64,000 bases of DNA. It comes from Isurus oxyrinchus. Its lineage: Eukaryota. How positions within the stretch are numbered: position 1 is the stretch's first letter; each line of letters opens with the position of its first letter. The notes beneath the pieces are model-generated. The model saw only the letters and a program-made list of their open reading frames with translations. It was not told the DNA's origin and did not search any database. The DNA lies in assembly GCA_026770705.1 (NCBI GenBank), contig JANJGN010000019.1:92132001-92196000 (forward strand), written 5' to 3'. The translations under genes and the position numbers were made by a program. Below are positions 23,713-35,189 of this stretch, one piece after another.

Positions 23713-23967
23713 ATTATAGACACAAAGGGGTATAAATTTGACTTGGCATTAAAATCAGATGCAGTGTAAAATAGGCGGCAGATTTGTTATTGCCTGCTTT
23801 ATGCAACCGCCCAAAGCAAATTTGACACCCCAGAGATTTCAATTCACTCTTGTATTTGACAGGGTGAACCAGCCAAGTAAGCAGAGCATCAATGAAAGGC
23901 AACATCTCCATCTTGTGTCAAAAACTTAAACTGCACCTAAACCTCAAGTTCCAGCAAAGACTGGGGA

Positions 23968-24295
23968 GGGAGGTGGTAGCATAATGGTATTGCTGCTGGA
24001 CTAGTATTCCAGAGACCCAGGGTAATGCCCTGGGGACCCAGGTTCAAATCCATGGCGGATGGTGGAATTTATTTTTAAAAAAAAACCTGGAATTAAAAGT
24101 CTGATGATGGCCGCAAAACCATTGTCGATTGTTGTAAAAACCCATCTGGTTCACTAATGCCCTTTGGAGAAGGAAATCTGCTTGCCTGGCCTACATGTGA
24201 CTTCAGACCCCACAGCAATGTGGTTGACTCTTAAAAATGCCCTCTGAACCAGGGCAATTATGGACGCCCACATCCCATGAGTTAATTTTTTAAAA
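23968..24295 (+). mobile_element. tRNA-derived SINE with LINE-derived tail
   Basis: Same family as 10575-10937: aaaacccatctggttcactaatgccc...gcaatgtggttgactct...gcccacatcccatga. Confidence 0.8.
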
Positions 24296-24444
24296 GTCTA
24301 CCTACCTCAGCTGGAATGAGGATCAAACCCCATGCTGTTGATGTTATTCTGAACCACAGGCTAGCCATGTTGCAATGACTATACTAAGGAGAGTGGGATG
24401 AGTGGCCTGAATAGGGAGGGATTCATAGAATGCATATTGTACAC

Positions 24445-25465
24445 TATAGCCCATCCCCAATTGCCCTTGAGCAGGTGGTGGTGAGCTGCCTTCTTGAACC
24501 ACTGCAGACCACGTGGTGTAGGTACACTCACAGTGCTGTTAGGGAGGGAGTTCCAGGATTTTAACCCAACAATAGTGAAGGAACTGTGATATATTTCCGA
24601 GTCAGGATGGTGTGAGGCTTGGAGGGGAACTTCCAGGTGGTGGTGTTCCCATGTGTCTGCTGCCCTTATTCTTCTAGATGATAGTGGTCGAGAGTTTGGA
24701 AGGTGCTGTCTAAGGAGCCTTGGTGAGTTCCTGCAGTGCATCTTGTAGATGGTACATACTACTGCTACAATGCATCGGTAGTGGAGGGAGTGAATGATTG
24801 TGGATGGGATGCCAGTCCATGGGCTGCTTTGTCCTGGATGGTGTCGGGCTTCTTGAGTGCTGTTGGAGATGCACTCATCCAGGCAAGTGGAGAATATTCC
24901 ATCACACTCCTGACTTGTGCCTTGTAGATGGTGGATAGGCTTTAGGGAGTCAGGAGGTGAGTTACTCAGCACAGGATTCATCACTTCTGACCTGCTCTTG
25001 TAGCCACAGTATTTATATGGCTAGCCCAGTTCAGTTTCTGGTCAATGGTAACCCCCAGGATGTTGACAGTGGGGGATTCAGCAATGATAATAACAGTGAA
25101 TGTCAAGGGGCAGTAGTTAGATTCTCTCTTGTTGGAGATGGTCACTGCCTGGTGCTTGTGTGGTGTGAATGTTACTTGCCACTTGTCAGCCCAAACCTGG
25201 ATATTGTCCAAGGCCTTGCTGTATTTGGACACATACTGCTTCAGTATCTGAGGAGACGTGAATAGTGCTGAACATTGTGCATTCATCAGCGAACATCCCC
25301 ATTTCTGACCTTATAATGGAAGGAGGGTCATTGATGAAGCAGCTGAAGATGGTTGGGCCTAGGACACTACCCTGAGGAACTCCTGCAGTGATGTCCTGGA
25401 GCTGAAATGATTGACCTGCAACAACCACAACCATCTTCCTTTGTGCTAGATATGATTCCAACTTG
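24445..25465 (-). mobile_element. 5'-truncated CR1/L2-group LINE (RT to 3' end)
   Basis: ITAGVPQGSVLGPTIFSCFIND-PSIIRSEMGMFADEC, ILGVTIDQKLNW and WNSLPNS motifs. Confidence 0.9.
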
Positions 25466-25499
25466 GGGCCTGCCTCCTCATCCTGCCCCGGTAGCAAAA

Positions 25500-26870
25500 T
25501 CATACAAACATACTAATTAGGAGCAGGTGTAGGCCAATAGACCCCTCAAGCCTGCTCCACCATTCGATAAGATCATGGCTGATCTGAATGTCACTGCAAC
25601 CCCACATTCCCATCTACCCCCAATAACCTTTCATCCCCTTGCTTATCAAGAATTTATCTAGCTCTGCCTTAAAAATATTCAAAAGACTTTGCTTCCACCG
25701 CATTTTGAGGAAGAGAGTTCCAAAGACTCACTACACCCTGAGAGAAAAATTCTCATCTCTGTCTTAAGTGGGCGACCCCTTAATTTTAAAGAGTGACCCC
25801 TAATTCTAGATTCTCCCACAAGAGGAAGCATCCTTTCCACATCCACCTTGTCAAGATCCCTCAGGATCTTATATGTTTCAATCAAACCGCCTTTTATTTT
25901 TCTAAAATCCAGCAGATACAAGCCTAACCTGTCCAACCTTTCCTCATAAGACAAGCGGCCCTTCCCGATATTAATCTAGTAAACCTCTGAACTGCCCCCA
26001 ACGCATTTACATCATACCTTAAATAAGGTGACCAATACTGTACACAGTACTCCAGATGTGGTCTCACCAATGCTCTGTATAACTGAAGCATTACCTCTCT
26101 ACTTTTGTATTCAATTCCCCTTGCAATAAATGATACCACATTCTATTAGCTTTCCTCATTACTTGCTGAACCTGCATACTAACCTTTTGCAATTCATGCA
26201 CTGGGACACCCAGAACCCTCTGCATCTCAGAACTCTGCAATCTCTCACCATTTAGATAATATGCTTTTTTTATCCTTCCTGCCAAAATGGACAATTTTGC
26301 ATTTTCCCACATCATATTTGCCAGATTGCCAGATCTTTGCCCACTCACTTAAACTATCTATATCCCTTTGTAGCTTCCTTATGTCTTCTTCACAACTTAC
26401 TTTCCTACCTATCATTGATTCATCAGCAAATTTAGCTACCATACCTTTGGTCCCTTCATCCAAGTCACTTAAATAAATTGTAAAAAGCTGAGGCTGCTGC
26501 ACTGATCCCTGTGGCACATCTTGCCAACAAGAAAATTACCCATTTATGCTTCTGTTTCCTGTTAGCTAGCCAATCTTCTACCCATGCCAGTATGTTACCT
26601 CCTGCACCATGAACTTTTACTTTCCACAATAACCTTTGATGTGGCACCTTAACAACTGCTTTCTGGAAATCTAAGTACAGTCCACCATCCGGTTCCCCTT
26701 TATCCACTGCACATTACTTTGTCGAAGAATTCCAATAAATTGGTTAAACATGATTTCCCTTTCACAAAACCATATTGAATCTGCCCAATTAACTTAAACT
26801 CATTTAAGTGCTCTGCTATATTGTCTTTTATAATAGCTTCTCACATTTCCCCATGACAGATGTTAAGATG
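25500..26870 (-). mobile_element. 5'-truncated CR1 LINE
   Basis: YLDFQKA-KVPHQRLL, PQGSV..LFTIY..DLDEG..VAKFAD, YRALVRPHLEYCVQYWSP and SYEERLDRLGLY motifs, with a (TATG/TTTG) tail. Confidence 0.92.
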
Positions 26871-27679
26871 TTAATCATGGCAGAAACTGTGATTCAGTGA
26901 CACTCAAATAATCAAGGATGTACATACCTGCAGAAGAAGAAGAAACATAAACATTTCCTCTACCTGAGCTGCAACTAAAATTTTCGAAGGCTGTATTGTA
27001 TCTTTCATTACCAAGGTCTTTTTTTCCCTTCTCTCTCCCTCTTCACACTTTTATAATCAGGAATATTTAATTCCCAGTCTATCACTGACCAAAGCCCAAT
27101 TTTCATCAAGGACTATTTTCTGAAACACATGAATTAATGCACAAGATGTAAATATAACCCAAATTCTTAAATGGCTGTGTTGGATTTTGAACTCATGTTC
27201 TCTGGATTATTAGTCCAGTCCTCTCCATTACTAGTCTATTCTTTATTTTTATTTTTATTTGTAACATAAACACTGAAGTACTGTATAAAAGGCTACTGGG
27301 GTAGCCTGAATTGAAATGTACTAATAACACTCAAACTTCCTGACTGAAAACATCTGGGCACCTCAATTATAAGTAGGGAATGCAGTCTTCAGAGAGGAAA
27401 TTTGGGTGTACCTGAAATTTAAAGAAATGGGACAAATAAAGGGGAGGTTCTAATGGTATCACAACACCTTGACGATCTTGCCAGAGCTAAGGGGACAGAG
27501 GATGAAAGAGAACACAGACTAAAATGAAGGTAAATGAAAATCTGACAGGCTTCCAATCAACTATCACCCATTTTTTTTGTCTGATAACATTGAACTTCAT
27601 GCCTTGTGACGTCCAGATGATTTACAAGAAACGAACACTTCATCTGTTAGAGTGGGACTGGCTATGTTATAGATAAAAT

Positions 27680-27930
27680 AGGGACGGCTGGGTTACTAGT
27701 GGGATTGACTGGATTCGGGTACAGTAGAGGGAGCAGGTTAAGGGTACATTGGAAGGATTAGAGAGGCTGGATGAGTTAGGGGTACACTAAGGGGGCAGGG
27801 AGTAGCCAGATTAGGAGTATACTCAGGGGCAGAGAGTAGCTGGGTTAGTAGCACACTGAATGGGAGTGAGATTATCCAGGTTAGGGATATGCTAAGAGGG
27901 TAGAAAGTAGCCAGGATAGGGTACGCTGGA
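27680..27930. repeat. Degenerate ~35-bp G-rich minisatellite
   Basis: Units like ggttaggggtacactaagggggcagggagtagcca repeated 5-7 times at 34-36 bp spacing. Confidence 0.6.
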
Positions 27931-28711
27931 GAAAACATGGTGAATTAGTTTATGATACAGTCACCATGGACTTGGGGAACTTTGGATGCCTAGCGTCGGG
28001 GTGGCTAATTTGGGCGTCTGAGGAAACATAAAAATAAGTCAGTGAAAACTCTGGGCCCTTGACAAGTTTAGACATGTACTCAATGTGGTGCAGCCTATAT
28101 ACTGTACACAAAGAGCTGCATTGTATCAATTGTAACTGAAGTACAGTTTAAGATAGTAAGAGGATAATGGAACCTCAATAGCACATTGTTGCTCTAGTTT
28201 GTTCCTTTCTTAATGTTATTTTCTAATATTTTCCCTCTCTGCTCTCCTCAACACACTCTTCATTCTGAGGTGTTGGTCCACCGGAATACATAGCCCTCTG
28301 GTTCCTTGACCTAGTACTCATTCTCCACGTGTAGTGATTGACAACCAACAATTCCTCAACTCCTCCACGAGCGACAGCACAGCAAAGCTGTATCACCCTC
28401 AAACGATGTTCACCCATGAACCCTTTTCAAAAGGGCAGCAATCATGAGCAGGAACCCTGGCTGATGTGTGTTTTTTTTTTGCCTTTCCCTATCCCAGAGG
28501 CACTGAGAGTTAAAACCTCACTTGACTTAAAGATACGTTTCAAAGCTTTCTACAAGCAATTATCTTGCAGAGTAAGAATCTTCGCAATGGAGGGAGGATC
28601 ATTAGCAGCACTAGTGGCTGAGTCAGGAAATAAATGTGCAGTAATGAGTCATACAATCTCAGGTGGGTGCTAAGTGGGCTGTAAAGGACCTCAGTGGCCT
28701 TGGGCTAGGGA

Positions 28712-29820
28712 GGTTAAGTGGGAATGTAAGCTGTGAGGAGGACACAAAGAGGCTGCAAAGGAACATAGACAGGTTAAGTGAGTGGGCAAGAATGTGGCAG
28801 ATGGAATATAATGTGGAGAATTGTAAAGCTATATACTTTGGTAGGAAAAATAGAAAAAACATAATATTTTTTAGATGGTTAGAGATTGGGAGGGGGTTGC
28901 ATTCAGAAGGACATTGGTATCCTTGTATACGAATCATAGAAACATAATATAGTGACACAGCAAGCAATTATGGAAAGGAAATAATATGTTAGCCTTTATT
29001 ACAAAGGGATTGGAGTATAAGAAGTGAAGAACTCTTACTACAATTACGCAGGGCATTGGTGAGGCCACCAATGGAGTACTGAGTGCTGTTTTGGACTGCA
29101 GGTAGAACATTCTTGCCTTAGAGGAAATGCAACAAAGGTTCAATAGACTGGCCGGAATGGGAGGATTGTCTTATGAGAAAAGATTGATAACGCTTTGCCT
29201 ATATTCCCTGGAGTTAGGAAAATGAGGGATGATCTAATTGAAACATATAAAATCCTTAAGGGGCTTGACAGGGTAGATGTTGGGATGATGTTTCCTAGGG
29301 TTGAGGAGTCTAGAGCACAGGTTCACAGTCTCAGAATAAGGGTCAGCCATTTAGGGCTGAGATAAGAATTTTCTTCATTTAAAGAGTTTTGAATCCTCTA
29401 CTCTGAGCAGCTTTAGATGCCTGGTTGTTGAGTATAGTAAAGACAGAGGTGGTAGTTTTTCAGTATTAAGGAAATCAATATGTGGATAGTATGGAAGTTA
29501 GACTATGAGACCTTAAGATGTAGGAGCTGAAGCCATTCAGCCCATCGAGTCTGCTCCGCCATTCAATGAGATCATGGCTGATCTGATAATCCTCAACTCC
29601 ACTTTCCTGCCTTTACCCCATAGCCCTTAATTCCCTTACTGATTAAAAATCAGTCTATCTCAACCTTAAATATACTTAACACCCAACTTCTACAGCCCTC
29701 TGTGGTAAAGAAGTCCACAGACTCACTACCCTGTTGAGATGGATGATCAGTCATGATCTTACTAAATGGCAGAGGAGACTCGAAAGGCTGAAGGGCCCAC
29801 TCCTGTCCTTATTTCTTATT
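28712..29820 (+). mobile_element. CR1 3' portion with an inverted CR1 tail nested at ~29505-29733
   Basis: VSCEEDTKRLQRNIDRLSEWARMWQMEYNVENC motif. The younger minus-strand tail reads gccattcagcccatcgagtctgctccgccattc. Confidence 0.85.
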
Positions 29821-29859
29821 TTTTTAAATTATTCTCCATTTGACCCTGTACAACCAGCA

Positions 29860-30160
29860 GGTCTGAAAGAATGGATTGGTGTCGTTCCATCTGTGGGAGA
29901 TTGTGGGAATGCAGCCTCAGAATGGGGTGAGGTCTGATGAAATCATCTGCTGCACTTTTTCTGACGGTCGAACAAGCCGACTCTGGAAGGGTAAAGTCTG
30001 CCACAAGTGCCACACATGAAATTGCCCCTGGCTGGTGGTGCCGGATGATCTCTGCTGATGCCGTGTTTACAGGGCTGGTGTCTGCTTTGGAGCTTCTGAA
30101 AACACATGTCCTTATGGTCACGATCGCCTGCCCAGACATCACCATTTTTTGGAACACCTT
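29860..30160 (-). mobile_element. RTE-clade LINE 3' end
   Basis: A minus frame not shown in the ORF track ends FMCGTCGRLYPSRVGLFDRQKKCSR*, an RTE-type terminal Cys motif. Confidence 0.6.
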
Positions 30161-30429
30161 AGATATAAAAAGGGACTGAGCTTTTCTTTTGTCCCAAGAA
30201 ATTTGTTGTCCTTTGGGTCAATTATATCAAACTGAGACCCCTGCCCGCCTCATTTCATGGTTCAGCTAAATGTTGAAGATCCCTTAGCACAATTGGAAAA
30301 TGATCAGAGGATCTCCTGGTGTCCTCCTTTCAACTACCATCATCCAAACATCTCATTGATGTCCATGAATGACTACCACGTTTGCAATGGGTTATGTTAT
30401 TGTAAGCTAAAATCATACCTGCTTTAGAA

Positions 30430-30670
30430 CTTCAATTCAGTTCAAATCTGGAAACAAAGAGCTGTATCAGTAAAAGCGACCATGAACCTATTGGAATGTC
30501 GAAAAACCTAACTAGCTCACTGATGCCCTTTAGGGAATGAACCCACCGTCCTTACTCTATCTGGGTCTGCACATAGCTCTAGTCCTACATCAGCAAGGTT
30601 TATCTGCCCTCTGAAGTGGGCCCAAGAAGCCATTCAGCCTGGCCAGTAATGCTCACATCCCTTGAGTGAA
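30430..30670 (+). mobile_element. Degraded tRNA-derived SINE body
   Basis: ctcactgatgccctttagggaa...gtccttactctatctgg...tgctcacatccc, family of 23968. Confidence 0.65.
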
Positions 30671-31021
30671 GAATAATGCTTGGCTTTAGCCTTTCAAGGG
30701 TAGTCCTTCCTGCTGTGGCTTGCTCTCATTGTCAGACTCAACATGGGCAGGGAGCTCACTCACTTTATTAAAGTAGGGATGACTCTGGAGATCCTGAGGG
30801 ATTCAACAGTCATCCAAACAGACAGATGAAGATCCTGCTGTGTCCTTTCGCATCCCTCCAACCCGGGAACCAAAGCTATTTAAAGTCAGCTTGAAAACAA
30901 TTTTCTTGTCATCACTGGGAGAGCTGCAGATTTCTGTGGAATGGCAAGGTGGATGAGAAATAATCCTGATACTCTCCATTTCTACTGCTCTTTGTGATGG
31001 CTTGATCAAGACTCATTAGTC

Positions 31022-31523
31022 TTCTTCTTATCGTGTCCACGGACAGTCTATATATGGCCCAGCCAGAACTGGACACATTTTTACACCATGTTGTTGAATT
31101 CAGCAAGATCTGCAACAGTGCAGGGTCCCTCTAGTGATAGGCATTGCAGGAGATGTTGCATAGTCTGTGGCTCAGTTCCACATTCACAAGTTGTCGGGCA
31201 GGTTGTATATCCCCATTTGCTTAGTGACACCTTTGAACGACCTACACCAGTCCTAAGTCTGTTAAGGCACTTCCAGGTTGCCCAGTTGCAATTAGCTCCT
31301 GCAGGAAGGCTTTCATCCAGTAGAATTTCCATTGCTGGGGGTTGTTTGAGACTGGCGAGCCAGTCTTTCCACAAGGCAATGCGGGCTTCAGATGGGGTTG
31401 ATTGTAATGGAACAACACTGTTCATGAAGCTCTTCCTTGACTTTAGATCCCTAGGAGGATCTTCCAACACAGGAGGTCGTTCAGCCCATTGTGCCTGTGC
31501 CAACTCTCCAAGAGAGCTATCCA
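31022..31523 (-). mobile_element. 5'-truncated Ingi/Vingi-like non-LTR retrotransposon
   Basis: WKCLNRLRTGVGRSKVSLSKWGY..CECGTEPQTMQHLLQC CCHC knuckle, gacacgat(aag)n tail, TSD ATTAGTC (31015-31021, 31524-31530). Clade name is from motif recall. Confidence 0.7.
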
Positions 31524-31549
31524 ATTAGTCCCAGTATTTTTCTACTCAT

Positions 31550-31965
31550 CCATTCACGAAATGTGAGTGTCATAGGCAGGGCCAGTAATTATGGCCAATC
31601 CCTAATTGGTCTTGAAATGGTGGTGGTGAGCAGTTGCCTGTTGACGGCACTCCCACAGACTGTTTGCCTGCTCATCCCCTGCAGCCCTCTTACTATCCAC
31701 TTTTCAAGGTTTTATCCAATTCCCTTTGAATCTGCTTCCAGCACCCTTTCAAGAGGTGCACTTGAGATCATAACTCACTGCAGAAAATGATTTCTTCTCA
31801 TCTCCCCTGGTTCTTTTGCCAATTAACTTAAATTTGTGTCTTCTTATTACCAACCCTTCTGTGGGTGGAAACATTTTCTCCTATCTACTCTAACAAAACC
31901 CCTCATGATTTTGGACACCTCCACTGAATCCCCTGTTAACCCTCCCTGCTCTAAAGAGAGCAAAA
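31550..31965 (-). mobile_element. Old LINE tail plus CR1 3' fragment
   Basis: gccaatccctaattggtcttga tail followed by decayed CR1 sequence (cccctggttctt...ttttctcctatctactcta..aaacccctcatgatttt). Confidence 0.6.
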
Positions 31966-32446
31966 CTGGCTATATAGTCAGGAACCTACATCCAGCCAGG
32001 TATCTTTTAAATATTTGCTCTTTGGAGAAAATAGTATAACCTTAGTTACAGTAATCATCTCTCATATCTTTATGGGACTGTCCTATTTGACTGACTTACT
32101 TGCAGTGAAAACAAGGGCAGCCCATGTATATGTCTTGGTTCCATAAGTCTTAGTATTTCAAGGTGAACTACCGAGCAAAATTACTTTGAAAGGTTACTAA
32201 AGTTCATGAGGTGCATGTTGGGATTCTTGCTCTCGCTGTTCTAATTTTGCCCCTTTCTTCTCCTGTGGGAGCAGACCTCATGCCAAAATCTGGTTCTGCA
32301 GTTGCTAACAGCACGACTGCACCACACCCAGCTAGCTGGTTGCAATGCTTTTACTGCTTCCACCGATCCTTGTTTACAATTTTTTTTGGTTCTTAAAACA
32401 GTGGCTTTAAGGTCACTTTTCAGTCAGCCAAAGTCCCAGATTCTAC

Positions 32447-32770
32447 CGGTTGCCAATCTTCCAGGAGTCTCCTGTATTAAAGATTAATCACACGCCAGTG
32501 GGAGCAAACCAGGGGTTGGGGGGTGTGGTGGGGGGGGGGGGGGGGGGGGGGGGGGGGTTGCGGTGGGGAGATCACAGGGGCATTAGAAAAGGTGGTATTT
32601 GTTTCATCTATGATTGTTTTTATTTGTTATAAAAATACTGGAGTTGTGGTGGGGGAGGGGGGAGTTTGTTGATTCGAGAGGTCATGTGATGAAACCTCCA
32701 ACGTCCAATCAGAGTTGACGACTCTAAGGGGAACATGATCACATTATAACTCCATGGCTTGGCAACCACC
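32447..32770. mobile_element. hAT-like MITE (GGTTGCCAA TIR) containing a poly-G run
   Basis: Ends ggttgccaa / ttggcaacc. Homologous to 18885-19219. Confidence 0.6.
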
Positions 32771-35189
32771 AAATATTGGCAGGACTCCAAGAGAAACTCC
32801 ACAAGAAGACTAGCATCTTCTACATCAACTGAAGGGGAGAAAGGAGACGAGAAAAGCTTGGTGTTTAGACAGTGCCTTTCATGTCCTCAGCACCTCTCAA
32901 AGCGCTCATAGCCAATGAAGTATTTTTAAAGTGTACTCACTGTTGCTGTTTTACACTTTATTTATATTCAAATGATTGCTTATAAATATATTATGAATTA
33001 AGATTACTTGTTTTGTTTGTATCATCATCAAAATGCAGCATCTGTTGCCATGAAAATTCTTCAATAAAACCAATTATCTATCTAATTATTTAAACAATTC
33101 AGCTGAAAAGGCTTAATGACAAACAAGGAAGTTCTCCTGCTGGTCTGGACACTCAACCTGGATTCCAACCTCAACTAACATACTCAAAACAGATGGATCA
33201 CAGAGATGTTAGGTACACAACATGGTCTCAGTTAAATGTGCTCCAAGCTCATGGATAAATTTCAGGGTGCCACAGACATCACCACCATTTTACCCGCTTT
33301 GCACTGCACAGTACAGTGACCTGCTTTAAGGCCTTGGATGACTAATCGCGATTCGGATAGGGCGGCTCCTTGAGTTGACCAACATGTTCATGTGGAAAGC
33401 ATGATTGCCATAAGTCTGTCAGATAAGGAATGTGCAAACTGATGTGCTGAAGAGGGCATGGTTAAAATTGCACAGGACAATAGCGACTCTGCTACTGCCA
33501 ATACAGTGGCAACAGGGGGTTCTAATCCTGATTTCCTAACCTCAGCCCCCTAGTAACCTAATCTTACCACTGTAAACCCAACTCCAAAACCTACTCAACA
33601 CTCAAAGCACAAACTCTAATGCTCCAACAGTAACCTTAAACAAAACCCAGATCCATTTCTAAACACCTTCACCTAACTCAAGTCTCAATAATAAACACCC
33701 AATGCATAACTCTAAACCTAACCCAACTCCAGTAATAAACACCCTAACCATAAAGCCAGCTCCAGTGATAAACACCCTAACCCTAAACCCAGTTCCAGTA
33801 ATAAATGCCCTAACCCTAACCCAAGCTCAGGTAAAAAACACCTTAACCCTAAACCCAACTCCAGTAATAAACACCCTAACTGTAAACCCAACTCTAGTAA
33901 TAAACACCCTAAACCTGAACCCAGCTCCAGTAATAACCACCCTAACCGGAAACCCAACTCCAGTACTAAACGCTCTAACCGTAAACCCAACTCCAGTAAT
34001 AAACACCTAACCCTATACCCGTCTCCAGTAATGAACACCCTAACCCTAAACGCAACTCCAGTAATAAACACACCAACCCCAACTCCAGTGTTAAACACCC
34101 AAACCTGAAACAATACTCCAGTAATGAACACATAACCCAAAACCCAACTCCAGGTACAAATACCCCAACTGTAAATCCAACTTCAGAAATAAACACCCTA
34201 ACCGTAAACCCAACTCCAGTAATGGACACCTTAAACCAAACCCCAACTCCAGTAATGAACACAATAACCCCAATTCCAGAAATAAACACCCTAACCGTAA
34301 ACCCAACTCCAGTAACTAACACCCTAACCCTAAAGACAACTCCAGTAATACACACACTAACACTTAACCCAACTCCAGTAATAAACACCCTATCCCTAAA
34401 CCCAGCTCCAGTAATAAACACAGTAACCCCAACTCCAGTAATAAACAGCCTAAGCCGAAAGCCAACTCCAGTAATAAACAGCCTAAGCCGAAAGCCAACT
34501 CCAGTATTAAACACCCTGAACCAAAACCCAGCTCCAGTAATAAACACCTTAACCTCAACTCCAGTAAAAAACACCTGAAACCTAAACACAACTCCAGTGA
34601 TAAACACACTAACCCTAAAACCAAACGCAGTAACAAAGACCCTAACTCCAGCTCCAGTAATAAGCATCCTAACCCTAAAGCCAGCTCCAGAAATACACAC
34701 CCTAACCGTAAACCCAACTCCAGTAATAAACATACTAACCATAAACCCAACTCCAGTAATAAACATCCTAACCCAAAACCCAGCTCCAGTAATTAACACC
34801 GTAACCCCAACTCCAGTAATAAACACCCGAAATCTAAACACAACTCCAGTGATAAACACCCTAAACCAAACTCCAGTAATAATCACATAACCCAAAACCC
34901 AACTGCAGTAACAAGTACCCTAACCGTAAATCCAACTCCAGTAACAAACACCCAAACCATAAACCCAACACCAGTAATAAACATCCTAAGCCTAAACCCA
35001 GCTCCAGGAACAAAACACACCAACCCCAACTCCAGTAACAAACACCCAAACCCTAAACCCAACACCAGTAATAAACATCCTAAGCCTAAACCCAGCTCCA
35101 GTAACAAAACACACTAACCTCAACTCCAGTAACAAACACCCAAACCCTAATCCCAACTCCAGTAATAAACATCCTAAGCCTAAACCCAG

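Noticed and set aside
32528-32557. ~28-nt poly-G run
   Set aside because: Simple homopolymer inside a MITE; its length may be a sequencing artefact.
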